DNA from: an uncultured Eubacteriales bacterium
GTDB lineage: Bacteria; Acidobacteriota; Aminicenantia; Aminicenantales; Saccharicenantaceae
NCBI GenBank assembly: GCA_964652895.1
Contig: CAZZCH010000006.1
Location: 1-63,172 of the forward strand
Direction of reading: 5' to 3'
DNA: 63,172 nucleotides
Translations under genes and position numbers: made by a program
Shown: positions 39,478 to 48,345 of the stretch, one piece after another
Position numbering within the stretch: position 1 is the first letter of the stretch
How the letters are laid out: each line of letters opens with the position of its first letter
Notes under the pieces: generated by a model
Told to the model about the DNA's origin: nothing
The model's database searches: none
What the model saw: only the letters and a program-made list of their open reading frames with translations

Positions 39478-42400
39478 GGCGTTTCCGCTCTCGGTTTCCC
39501 CACGGGGGACGACCTTTTCGCTTTCTTCAGCAGGGCCATTAGACGGCTCCCCGCGCCCTCCGTGTTCCCGGTTTCGGGGATGACCTTGTCGTAGACGAGC
39601 GGGATGAAGACCAGCGTCAGGAAAGTCCCGAAGGTCAGGCCGCCGATGAGGGTCAGGGCCAGCGGGATGCGGATCTCGAATCCTTCTTTATGGTCGAGGG
39701 CCATCGGCAAGAGCCCCAGGACGGTGGTGATGGTCGTCATCAGGATCGGCCGCCAGCGGACCTGGCCGGCCTTGTGGATGGCCTCCCTCTTGGGCAGGCC
39801 TTCTTTTTGGAGCTGGCCGATGTAGTCGACGAGGACGATGGCGTTGTTGACGATAACGCCCGCCAGGATGATGATGCCGATGAGGACGATGACGTTGATA
39901 GACATCCCGGCCGTAATACCGACGAGGACGACTCCGATGATGGCCAGGGGAATTGTGAACATGATGATCAGGGGCTTGATGAACGACTCGAACTCCGAGG
40001 CCATGACCAGGTAGACCAGGAAAACGGCCAGAACGATGGCGAAGATCATCGAGGAAAAGGCGACGTCCTGCTCCAGGCTCTGCCCGGCCATGGTGATCGA
40101 GTAGTCGGGCGACATGCGGATCGTGGCCGCGGCGGTCATGATCTTGTTCCGGGCTCCGTCGAGGGAGATCCCCTGGAGGTCCCCGGTCAGAACGGCCGAC
40201 TTCTGCTGGAGGATACGGCGGATCTCGGCCGGTCCCTCCTTGATCACGATCGCGGCCAGGGACTTGAGGGGGACGATCGCCCCCAGGCCGTTGCGGATGG
40301 TGATCCGGCTGATCTTGTCGACCCTGTCGCGGGAGTCCTCGGAAAGGCGGACACGGATATCGACCTCCCGATCGCTTTCGATGAACCGGGTGGCAACCTC
40401 GCCCTGGATCTTGTTCCGGAGCTGGGCGCCGACCTGGTTGATGGTCATGTTCTGGGAGGCCAGGACGGCCCGGTCGAAGATGATCTGGATCTCCGGATAG
40501 CCCTCTTCCATGCTGGATTTCAGGTCGATGAGGCCGGGGATGGCCCTGATTTTGGCCAGGAGCTCGTCCGAGATGGACTTGATCCGGTCGAGGTCGGTGC
40601 CCGAAACGACGACTTCAAGCGGGGCCTTGAAGGAAAAGAGGCGCGGTTTGTAGACCTTGATCGTCGTCGTCGAAAACTTTTCCAGGTCGACCCGGACACG
40701 TTCCATGATCCGGTCTTCACTCTTTCCCAGGATGCCGGGCTTCAGGCGGAGGGTGAACTCGGACAGGTTTTCCATCTCCTCCTGAAAGGAGATGCCGCCC
40801 CGCGAGCCCTTGCCGATGAGCTCGTAGATGCTGTCGATCTCCGGGTATTTCTTCAACAGGTCCGAAATGTCCGAGACGACGGCGGCGTTTTCCTTGAGCG
40901 AGGTTCCCGGCGTGAATTCGACGTTAACCAGGAATTCGCCCTGGGAGATGACCGGGATGAGCTCCTTGCCCATAAAGCGGGTCAGGAATAGCGAGCCGAG
41001 GAAGAGGACGAGGACGACGAAGAAGATGAGTTTCCGGTGCTTGAATGACACGCCCTGGAATTTCTTGTAGCCGTTGAACACGGTATTGTAGACCTTGTCG
41101 GCGGGCTTGAAGACGTACTTCAGAGCGGCGGATAACGGGTCGCGCGAGCTCTGCCGCTGCATGGCCCCGGCCAGCATGGGCACCAGGGTCAGCGAGACGA
41201 GGAGGGAGGCTATAAGGGAGAAGGTCACGGTCAGGGCCATATCCTTGAAGAGCTGGCCGGCGATGCCCTCGACGAAGACGATGGGGAAGAAGACGGCCAC
41301 CGTCGTCAGGGTCGAGGCGGTGACGGCGCCGGCGACCTCCGTCGTCCCCTTATAGGCGGCATCGGCGGCATTGAGCCCAGCGTCTCGGTAGCGTTGGACG
41401 GCTTCCAAGACAACGATGGAGTTGTCGACAAGCATCCCGATGCCCAAGGCCAGGCCTCCGAGCGAGATGATGTTGAGCGAGATGTTGGACGAGAACATCA
41501 GGAAAAAGGTGACAATGACGGAAATGGGGATGGCTGCCCCGATGATCAGAGTGCTGCGGAAGTTCTTCAGGAAGTAAAGCAGGACGAAGACGGCCAGGAT
41601 GCCGCCGATGACGGCGGTCGACTTGACCTCTTCGATCGTGCTCTTGATGAACTTCGACTGGTTGGTAATGAGGAGGTAGTCCATGCCCCGGGGCTTGAGG
41701 ATGTTCTGCCGGACGGTCTTCAGCCGTTCCGTGACGGCCTCAACGACGGAGACGGTGTTGGCGTCGGCCGCCCGATAGATGGCCGCCTCGATGCACTCCC
41801 GGCCGTTGATCCGGGAAATGACCTTCCGCTCCTTGAACCCGCGGAAGACCTCGGCGATGCTGCCCAGGGTGATCTGGACGTCGCCGCGCTTCTCGATGAT
41901 GATGCCCTTGATCTCCTCGACGTCCTTGAACTGGTTGACCGTCCGGACGAGGAACTGGGTGTCCTTCTGCTTGAGGATGCCGGCCGAGAGGTCGACATTC
42001 TCCTGGCTCAAACGGCTGGCCACCGTCGTGATGGGGATGTTGAGGAGGCTGAGCTTCTGCTCGTCGATGTCGATGTGGATCTCGTCCTCGAGGCCTCCCG
42101 AAATGGAGCAGGCGGCGACGCCCTCGATGCTCTCCAGGGCCTGCTTGACTTCTTTCTCCGCGACGTAGCGGATCCGGGCGAGGTCGGTGTCCCCGGTCAG
42201 GCCCAGCTTCATGACCGGGTCCTGGTTGGGGTCGTAGCGGAGGATGACCGGTTTGGTCGCCCCGGTCGGGAAGCGGAGGAGGTCGAGTTTCTCCCGGACC
42301 TTGAGCGTGGCGAAGTCCATGTTGGTGTGCCAGGCGAACTCGATTGTGACCTCGGACAGCTCGGCCCGCGAGACCGAGGAGATGCGCATGACGTTGTCGA

Positions 42401-42620
42401 CGACGCCGCAGGTTTCCTCGATGGGCTTGGAGATGATGTTCTCGATCTCCGCGGGCGCCGTTCCCGGATACTCGGTTTTAATCGTCAGGGTAGGGTAGGA
42501 GATCTTGGGCAGGAGGTTAAGGTTCAGCCGCGAATAGGAGATCATGCCGAAGATGACCGCGGCCACGGTGAACATGAACACCGTGACCGGACGATGGATG
42601 GAGAACTTGACGAGCTTCAT
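39474..42620 (-). CDS. RND efflux transporter, inner-membrane subunit (first of two tandem paralogs, MdtB position)
   Basis: 1048 aa. MKLVKFSIHRPVTVFMFTVAAVIFG..., AcrB-family layout. 4-nt overlap with the adaptor gene. Confidence 0.93.
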   Translation of the reverse strand: MKLVKFSIHRPVTVFMFTVAAVIFGMISYSRLNLNLLPKISYPTLTIKTEYPGTAPAEIENIISKPIEETCGVVDNVMRISSVSRAELSEVTIEFAWHTNMDFATLKVREKLDLLRFPTGATKPVILRYDPNQDPVMKLGLTGDTDLARIRYVAEKEVKQALESIEGVAACSISGGLEDEIHIDIDEQKLSLLNIPITTVASRLSQENVDLSAGILKQKDTQFLVRTVNQFKDVEEIKGIIIEKRGDVQITLGSIAEVFRGFKERKVISRINGRECIEAAIYRAADANTVSVVEAVTERLKTVRQNILKPRGMDYLLITNQSKFIKSTIEEVKSTAVIGGILAVFVLLYFLKNFRSTLIIGAAIPISVIVTFFLMFSSNISLNIISLGGLALGIGMLVDNSIVVLEAVQRYRDAGLNAADAAYKGTTEVAGAVTASTLTTVAVFFPIVFVEGIAGQLFKDMALTVTFSLIASLLVSLTLVPMLAGAMQRQSSRDPLSAALKYVFKPADKVYNTVFNGYKKFQGVSFKHRKLIFFVVLVLFLGSLFLTRFMGKELIPVISQGEFLVNVEFTPGTSLKENAAVVSDISDLLKKYPEIDSIYELIGKGSRGGISFQEEMENLSEFTLRLKPGILGKSEDRIMERVRVDLEKFSTTTIKVYKPRLFSFKAPLEVVVSGTDLDRIKSISDELLAKIRAIPGLIDLKSSMEEGYPEIQIIFDRAVLASQNMTINQVGAQLRNKIQGEVATRFIESDREVDIRVRLSEDSRDRVDKISRITIRNGLGAIVPLKSLAAIVIKEGPAEIRRILQQKSAVLTGDLQGISLDGARNKIMTAAATIRMSPDYSITMAGQSLEQDVAFSSMIFAIVLAVFLVYLVMASEFESFIKPLIIMFTIPLAIIGVVLVGITAGMSINVIVLIGIIILAGVIVNNAIVLVDYIGQLQKEGLPKREAIHKAGQVRWRPILMTTITTVLGLLPMALDHKEGFEIRIPLALTLIGGLTFGTFLTLVFIPLVYDKVIPETGNTEGAGSRLMALLKKAKRSSPVGKPRAETP

Positions 42621-43789
42621 TTGAGCACGGTGACGGGCTGGCCGTCCTTGAGGTTCTCGACGCCGACTGAGATGATGACGTCGCCCTCGGCGATGCCCGC
42701 CGCGACCTCGGCCAGGTCTTCCTCGGTCAGGCCGAGGGTGATCTCCTGCTGACTGGCCAGGTTGCCCTTGAGGAGGAAGACGTAGGTCTTGCCCTGCTTG
42801 TAGAGGATGGCCTTGCGGGGGATGACCAGAACGTTGTCCTTCTTGCCGGTGGCGATGCGGACCTCGACGAACATGCCCGGCTTCAGCCGGAGCGTGTCGT
42901 CATACGCTTCGACCGTGACCTTGATCGTTCCCGTCTGGACATCGATCCGCGGGTTGATCAGGGTCACGGTGCCCTTGAAAACCTCGCCTTTGAGGATCTC
43001 GGTCGCGACGTTGGCGGACAGGCCCGTCTTGAGCCGGAGGGCGTCGCTCGTGGGCACGAAAACGCGGATGAGCAGGGGCTTGAAGTCCTCGATCGTATAG
43101 ACTTTCTGGTTGCTGGTGACCCGGCTGCCGACCTCGATGAGGCGTTCGGTGACGAAGCCTTCGGCGAGGGACCGGATCTTCGTCCAATTCAGCTGGAGTT
43201 CGAGGTCCTTGGAGACCTCCTCCCGGTTCCGGAAATCGAGGAGGCGCTGCTTGTTAGCGGCCTCCGCGGTCTGGTATTCCTGTTCCGAAATGAGCTCCTT
43301 CTTGAAAAGCTCCTGGCTGCGGGCCAGGTTCTTTTCCGATTCATCCATGCTGAGCTTGGCCTGCTCCAGGGCGATCCGGGCCTGCTCGTGGCTGATCCCG
43401 ATCTCCGTGTCGTCGAGGATGGCCAGCACGTCGTTCTCCTTGACGTAGGCGCCTTCCTCCTTGACGATCTCCTTGACGTAGGCCGACAGGCGCGAGAAGA
43501 TCTCGACTTTCCGCTCCGGCTCGACGATGCCGTTGAGGACGAGATAGGCGTTCAAGCTCTGGCGGCTGACGGTCTCGACGTTGACGGGCAGGGCGTCGAG
43601 CTGAGGCTGGCCGCCCGGTCCCTTTGCGCCGGGGGAGGCCTTGCCGGCCGGGTTCACCGGCTTGGATTTCGTGGCGGCGGTCTGTCCGTTGGCCGCGGCA
43701 TTAGCCGTGAGATCCCCGTTGCCCGACTTGCCGCAGGCCCAAGTCAGGGCGAGTATCAGGGTCAGCAATAGAACCGTTCTTTTTCTCAT
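42617..43789 (-). CDS. RND efflux periplasmic adaptor (membrane-fusion protein), lipoprotein
   Basis: 390 aa. Lipobox LTWAC, coiled-coil hairpin region, and HlyD_D23-like beta-barrel (VTLINPRIDVQTGTIKV). Confidence 0.9.
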   Translation of the reverse strand: MRKRTVLLLTLILALTWACGKSGNGDLTANAAANGQTAATKSKPVNPAGKASPGAKGPGGQPQLDALPVNVETVSRQSLNAYLVLNGIVEPERKVEIFSRLSAYVKEIVKEEGAYVKENDVLAILDDTEIGISHEQARIALEQAKLSMDESEKNLARSQELFKKELISEQEYQTAEAANKQRLLDFRNREEVSKDLELQLNWTKIRSLAEGFVTERLIEVGSRVTSNQKVYTIEDFKPLLIRVFVPTSDALRLKTGLSANVATEILKGEVFKGTVTLINPRIDVQTGTIKVTVEAYDDTLRLKPGMFVEVRIATGKKDNVLVIPRKAILYKQGKTYVFLLKGNLASQQEITLGLTEEDLAEVAAGIAEGDVIISVGVENLKDGQPVTVLK

Positions 43790-43975
43790 ATTCGTTCACC
43801 TTTTAAAAAAAGTCCCTCACGCTCGTTCGTGGAGGGCGTCTGTCTTGAGCACAATGAGAAAACCATTATACCTCACCGACATTTTTTTGACGCCGGAGGG
43901 CCGATTTTCTTCCCAAATCCTGCCCACCGGAACTCAAGAAGGGGTCAAACCTAATAGCTGGGTCAAAGATAAGAG

Positions 43976-44027
43976 GGGGTCAAACCTATTTTTTACGCAT
44001 TTCTGCGTAAAAAATAGGTTTGACCCC
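43976..44027. repeat. Perfect hairpin GGGGTCAAACCTATTTTTTACGCA-tttc-TGCGTAAAAAATAGGTTTGACCCC (24-bp stem); extra half-copy GGGGTCAAACC at 43941-43951
   Basis: The arms are exact reverse complements. It lies in the divergent region between the RND operon and secA, 19 nt upstream of the secA-side -35. It shares the GGGGTCAAAC core with 25421-25452. Confidence 0.88.
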
Positions 44028-44045
44028 TTCCGGAACCCGCTCTTA

Positions 44046-44074
44046 TTGACGGACGGACGGGAGCGGCCTAAAAT
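44046..44074 (+). promoter_or_regulatory. Candidate promoter of the leader-ORF/secA transcript (-35 TTGACG, 17 nt, -10 TAAAAT)
   Basis: Hexamers at 44046-44051 and 44069-44074. The first downstream ATG is 44094. Confidence 0.5.
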
Positions 44075-44093
44075 AGATAAAGGGTAAGAGACG

Positions 44094-44279
44094 ATGATAT
44101 CCCGAAGCGCTGTCCCCTTTCTGGCCCTGGCTGTTCTTTTCCTGCCTCTGCCCTTCATCCTCGGTTTTTTCTTTTTCGGCGTCCTCCTCTCGGTCCGGCC
44201 GCGCGGGGAGCCCGACCATGCCTTCGCCGTCATCTCCCGCTTTTCCGGGCCGATCCTCCTCCGAAGCCCGCCTCTTTAA
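44094..44279 (+). CDS. Candidate secretion-monitor-like leader peptide upstream of secA (61 aa)
   Basis: MISRS + 29-residue hydrophobic segment + RPRGEPDHAFAVISRFSGPILLRSPPL*. By hand count, 45/61 codons end in G/C, versus 28/41 for the alternative secA N-terminal extension frame. The stop codon is followed immediately by an anti-SD. Confidence 0.4.
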   Translation: MISRSAVPFLALAVLFLPLPFILGFFFFGVLLSVRPRGEPDHAFAVISRFSGPILLRSPPL

Positions 44280-44334
44280 CCTCCTCTTTTTCCGCAACTC
44301 GGTCCGCGGATCCATTCAAGGCAACGAGAGGAGG
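44280..44334 (+). promoter_or_regulatory. Stem pairing CCTCCTCT (44280-44287) with AGAGGAGG (44327-44334), sequestering the secA Shine-Dalgarno
   Basis: Eight perfect Watson-Crick pairs. The 5' arm begins 1 nt after the leader-ORF stop. The 3' arm is the SD, 6 nt upstream of TTG 44341. Confidence 0.45.
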
Positions 44335-44340
44335 AATGGC

Positions 44341-46848
44341 TTGATCGAAACATCTCATCGCTTTTTTTCCAAAGGGCGTCGCCCGGACGAAGATCCTCGA
44401 CGCGGCGCGGCGGCGGGCTTACAAACCGGGTTCCGCGCAAGGGCACTGACGGCCTTCAACCGGTTCCGCGGAATTCCCGTGGAAACCGACCTGGCGAGGC
44501 TTGCGCGGACCGTCGGAAAGATCCGCGCTATCCATGAAGCGGAAGGGCTCGCCCGGAAAACCGACGAGGAACTCGGACGTTTGGCGGCATCCCTGCGCGG
44601 GCGTCTCAAGGGCGAGGTATCAACCGAGGACCCGGAGATGGCGAAGGTCGAGGCCTTTGCCCTCGTCGACGAGGCCGCCTGGCGGGCGACAGGCCTCGCC
44701 GCCCACGACGTCCAGATGGTCGCCGGCCTGGCCATGGCCGCGGGCAAGGTCGCCGAGCTGCCGACGGGGGAGGGCAAGACCCTGGCCGCCGTTTTTACGG
44801 CGTCGCTCTTCGCCCTCACCGGCCGGACGGTCCATGTTCTGACATTCAACGATTACCTGGCCCGACGCGACGCGGCCTGGATGGGGCCGATCTATCACCT
44901 GCTGGGTCTTTCCGTCGGCGTCGTCCAGGAGGGCATGGACAAACAGGCCAAGAAATGCGCCTACGCCCGCGCCGTCGTTTACGCCACGGCCAAAGAGGCC
45001 GGTTTCGACTACCTCCGTGATCGCCTCGCCTACGAGCCCACGGAGCTCGTCCACCGGCCGTTCGACGTCGCCATCGTCGACGAGGCCGATTCCATCCTCA
45101 TCGATGAAGCCCGCATCCCGCTCGTCATCTCGGGCACTGCCGGCGGGCCCGGCGCCGACGCCGGCCGTCTGGCCGCCGTCGTCCGCGGCCTCGAACGGGG
45201 CAGGGACTATGAGCTCGACGCGGAGAACGCCAACGTCTTCCCCACGGACGACGGGATCCGCAGGATCGAGCGCCTGCTCGGCTGCGGCAACCTCTTTGCC
45301 CCCGAGAACGAGATGTTTCTGGCCGCCGCACACTGCGCCCTGCACGCCGAGACCCTGCTCGAGCGGGACATCGACTACATTGTCCGCGACGGCCGCGTCG
45401 AGATCGTCGACGAGTTCACCGGCCGGGTCATGGATGAGCGCCATTGGCCCGACGGCCTCCAGGCGGCTGTCGAGGCCAAAGAGGGTGTCCGCCGCGGCTC
45501 CGAGGGCCGCATCCTCGGGTCCGTCACGCTCCAAAATTTCTTCCGCCTCTATCCGGCGCTTTGCGGCATGACGGCCACGGCCCGGACGTCTTCCCGGGAG
45601 CTCAAGGAATTCTACGGCCTGGGCGTCGTCGTCGTCCCGCCCCACAGGCCCTGCCTCCGGCGTGATCTTCCCGACGTCGTCTTCACCCACAAGGAGGCCA
45701 AGCTCCGCGCCCTCGTCCGGGAGATCGCGGGCGCTCACGCCACGGAACGCCCCATCCTCGTCGGGACGTCGAGCGTCAGGGAATCGGAGGACCTCGCCAC
45801 GGCGCTCAAAGAAGCGGGCATTGTCTGCGTTACCCTCAATGCCAAGAACGACGAGCTCGAGGCCGCGGTCATCGCCCGGGCCGGCGCCCCCGGCGCCGTG
45901 ACTATCTCGACCAACATGGCCGGCCGCGGCACGGACATCAAGCTCGGCGGACCGCGCGAGGAAGAGCTCGGAAGAGTGGCGGCGCTGGGCGGTCTCTACG
46001 TCATCGGCACCAACCGCCACGAGAGCCTGCGCATCGACCATCAGCTCCGCGGCCGGGCCGGCCGCCAGGGCGACCCCGGCTCGTCCCGGTTTTTCATCAG
46101 CTTGGAGGACGATATCTTCGAACGATATGGGCTCCGCCGTATGCTATTCAAGCGCTACCGGCTTGACCGCCGGTCCGACGCCGTCGACGACGAACTGCTG
46201 CGCAAGGATATTCTCCACGGCCAGCGCGTCATCGAGGGCCGGAATCTCGACATCCGCCGGGCTCTTTGGGATTATTCCACCCTCGTCGAAACGCAGAGAC
46301 GGATCGTCTCCGCCTGGCGGGGCGGTGTTTTCGACCCGACGGCGGAGGCGGACGCGCCGTTCCGTCCGGGTTCTCAGCTCCTCAAGGCCGGATCGGCCCG
46401 CTTCGGACGCGAGGAGTTCGACCGCATGGCCCGCCGGGTCGTGCTCTTTCACATCGACCGCGTCTGGGCGGACCACCTGGCCTGGCTGGCCGATCTGCGG
46501 GAGAGTATCCATCTTGTCAAGCTCGGACGCATGGAACCTCTCACCGAGTTCCAGAAGTCCGCGACCGAAGCGTTCCTCGGCCTGGAGGCGAAGATCGGGC
46601 GCGAAGTGAGGAAAACGTTGAGATCCCTCATCGAGAGGAAAGGCCCCGTCGATCTCGACGCCGAAGGCCTGAAAGGCCCTTCCTCGACCTGGACCTACCT
46701 CGTCAACAACGATCAGTTCGGCTGGGGCGTCGAACTCGTCAAGGGAACGAATATCGGCTTCGCGGCCGGGGCGGCCGCCTTCTATGGCCCGCTATTCCTC
46801 TTCGCCCTCATCGTCAACCGCTTCAAGCGGAAAAAGGCGTCGAATTGA
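44341..46848 (+). CDS. secA: SecA-family preprotein translocase ATPase (atypical N- and C-termini)
   Basis: Walker A (ELPTGEGKTL), DEAD-like box (VDEADSILIDEARIPLVISG), MTATA, TNMAGRGTDIKLGG, RIDHQLRGRAGRQGDPGSS. Start taken as TTG 44341 with AGGAGG 6 nt upstream (835 aa); the ORF track opens at ATG 44218, so the start is uncertain. It ends in a hydrophobic segment plus KRKKASN instead of a Cys/His zinc-binding tail. Confidence 0.88.
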   Translation: MIETSHRFFSKGRRPDEDPRRGAAAGLQTGFRARALTAFNRFRGIPVETDLARLARTVGKIRAIHEAEGLARKTDEELGRLAASLRGRLKGEVSTEDPEMAKVEAFALVDEAAWRATGLAAHDVQMVAGLAMAAGKVAELPTGEGKTLAAVFTASLFALTGRTVHVLTFNDYLARRDAAWMGPIYHLLGLSVGVVQEGMDKQAKKCAYARAVVYATAKEAGFDYLRDRLAYEPTELVHRPFDVAIVDEADSILIDEARIPLVISGTAGGPGADAGRLAAVVRGLERGRDYELDAENANVFPTDDGIRRIERLLGCGNLFAPENEMFLAAAHCALHAETLLERDIDYIVRDGRVEIVDEFTGRVMDERHWPDGLQAAVEAKEGVRRGSEGRILGSVTLQNFFRLYPALCGMTATARTSSRELKEFYGLGVVVVPPHRPCLRRDLPDVVFTHKEAKLRALVREIAGAHATERPILVGTSSVRESEDLATALKEAGIVCVTLNAKNDELEAAVIARAGAPGAVTISTNMAGRGTDIKLGGPREEELGRVAALGGLYVIGTNRHESLRIDHQLRGRAGRQGDPGSSRFFISLEDDIFERYGLRRMLFKRYRLDRRSDAVDDELLRKDILHGQRVIEGRNLDIRRALWDYSTLVETQRRIVSAWRGGVFDPTAEADAPFRPGSQLLKAGSARFGREEFDRMARRVVLFHIDRVWADHLAWLADLRESIHLVKLGRMEPLTEFQKSATEAFLGLEAKIGREVRKTLRSLIERKGPVDLDAEGLKGPSSTWTYLVNNDQFGWGVELVKGTNIGFAAGAAAFYGPLFLFALIVNRFKRKKASN

Positions 46849-46874
46849 CAGGCGATTCCCGCGTGGCATATAAA
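46845..46874 (+). promoter_or_regulatory. Candidate promoter of the APC permease gene (-35 TTGACA overlapping the secA stop, 18 nt, -10 TATAAA)
   Basis: TTGACA at 46845-46850 and TATAAA at 46869-46874, followed by a leader of about 80 nt to ATG 46961. Confidence 0.4.
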
Positions 46875-46960
46875 GGTAGGCCGTTGGCGGCGGCGAGGAA
46901 CCATCATAGCCGGCGCCACGACGCTAAGATAAGCGAGACCGTTGAAGAAAGGGCGGAAAC

Positions 46961-48325
46961 ATGACCCCTGAGCCCCCCGTGAACGGGCTCGAGCGAAAGC
47001 TCGGGCTCTTCCCGCTGACCAACATCGTCATCGCCAATATGGTCGGCGCCGGCATCTTCACGACGTCGGGGCTCCTGATGAAGGACCTCCACCACCCGGT
47101 GGTCATGCTGGGCCTTTGGGTCGTCGGCGGCTTGGTCGCCCTCTGTGGCGCCCTGAGCTATGGCGAGCTCGGTGCCGCTTTTCCCCACGCCGGCGGGGAA
47201 TACGCCTTCCTGTCGCGGCTCTACCACCCTATTCTCGGCTTCCTCTCCGGCTGGGTCTCTTTCTTCGTCGGCTTCTCGGCGCCGATCGCCGCCTCGTCCA
47301 TCGGCTTCTCGGAATACCTGACCCGGGCCTTCCCCGGCCTCCTTCACCCCGGCGTTATCGGCGGGGCCTCGGAGGCGGAGGTCATGAAAAAGCTTTATGC
47401 CATCCTCATCATCGCCGCCTTCACCTTCCTCCACACCCGCGGCCTCGAGACCGGTGCCCGGGTCCAGAACGCCCTGACCGGGATGAAGATCCTGCTCGTC
47501 GTCGGCCTGGTCGCCGCCGGGTTCGCCGTCGGGAAGGGAAGTCTGGGCCATCTTATCGCGGCTGTGCCGTTCCGATTCGATTTCGGCGGCCTGAAAACCC
47601 TCGGCCTGTCCTTGATGTGGATCATGTTCGCCTACAGCGGCTGGAACGCCTCGGCCTACGTCGGCTCGGAGGTCAAAAACCCTTCGCGTAACCTGCCGCG
47701 CTCGCTCCTGATCGGGACGGGGGTGGTCATGCTCCTTTACGTCGCCCTGAACCTGTTCTACATCTACGCCATCCCCCCGGCCCAGATGGAGGGCGTGATC
47801 TCCGTCGGCGGCCTGGCCGCGGGCAACCTCTTCGGCAAATCCGCCGAAACGGTTCTATCGGTCCTCATCTCGTTCGCCCTTTTTTCTTCCCTCAGCGCCT
47901 ACCTCATCCTCGGGCCGAGGGTCTACTACTCGATGGCCCGGGACGGCATTTTCTTCAAATCCATCGCCTACGTCGATCCGAAATGCGCGGTGCCGGCGCG
48001 GTCGATCGTGCTCCAGGGAGGCATCGCCTCGATCATGGTCCTCTTCGGGACGTTCGAGCAGCTCCTGACGTACATGGGATTTTCTCTCGGGATATTTCCC
48101 CTCCTGGCCGTGCTGGGCGTGTTCAAGTTGAGGCGGACCGGCCGGAGCGCAGTGAAACTGCCCGGCTATCCGGTGGCCTCGGCCCTCTACATCCTTATCG
48201 GAGCGACGATCCTCGTTCTGGCCTTCCTCGAGCGCCCGGTCGAATCGCTCGTCGCCGTGGCCACGGCCCTGGCCGGCATCCCCGTGTATTTTTTCTTCAA
48301 GCGGAGTGCCCGAAAAAGCGTCTGA
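46961..48325 (+). CDS. APC-superfamily amino acid permease
   Basis: 454 aa with about 12 TMs. The N-terminal signature is LGLFPLTNIVIANMVGAGIFTTSG. Confidence 0.9.
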   Translation: MTPEPPVNGLERKLGLFPLTNIVIANMVGAGIFTTSGLLMKDLHHPVVMLGLWVVGGLVALCGALSYGELGAAFPHAGGEYAFLSRLYHPILGFLSGWVSFFVGFSAPIAASSIGFSEYLTRAFPGLLHPGVIGGASEAEVMKKLYAILIIAAFTFLHTRGLETGARVQNALTGMKILLVVGLVAAGFAVGKGSLGHLIAAVPFRFDFGGLKTLGLSLMWIMFAYSGWNASAYVGSEVKNPSRNLPRSLLIGTGVVMLLYVALNLFYIYAIPPAQMEGVISVGGLAAGNLFGKSAETVLSVLISFALFSSLSAYLILGPRVYYSMARDGIFFKSIAYVDPKCAVPARSIVLQGGIASIMVLFGTFEQLLTYMGFSLGIFPLLAVLGVFKLRRTGRSAVKLPGYPVASALYILIGATILVLAFLERPVESLVAVATALAGIPVYFFFKRSARKSV

Positions 48326-48345
48326 CCCGGGCCGCCGCCGCACGG

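Noticed and set aside
44218-44340. ATG 44218 as the secA start, giving an 876-aa protein.
   Set aside because: The 41 extra codons (MPSPSSPAFPGRSSSEARLFNLLFFRNSVRGS...) have no SD and lower third-position GC than the overlapping leader ORF frame. They resemble no SecA N-terminus. TTG 44341 has AGGAGG at ideal spacing. This is not excluded, only disfavoured.
46875-46960. The ~80-nt leader upstream of the APC amino-acid permease as a riboswitch or T-box-like element.
   Set aside because: Only an imperfect 9-bp GC stem is visible, and I recognise no conserved riboswitch core motif.
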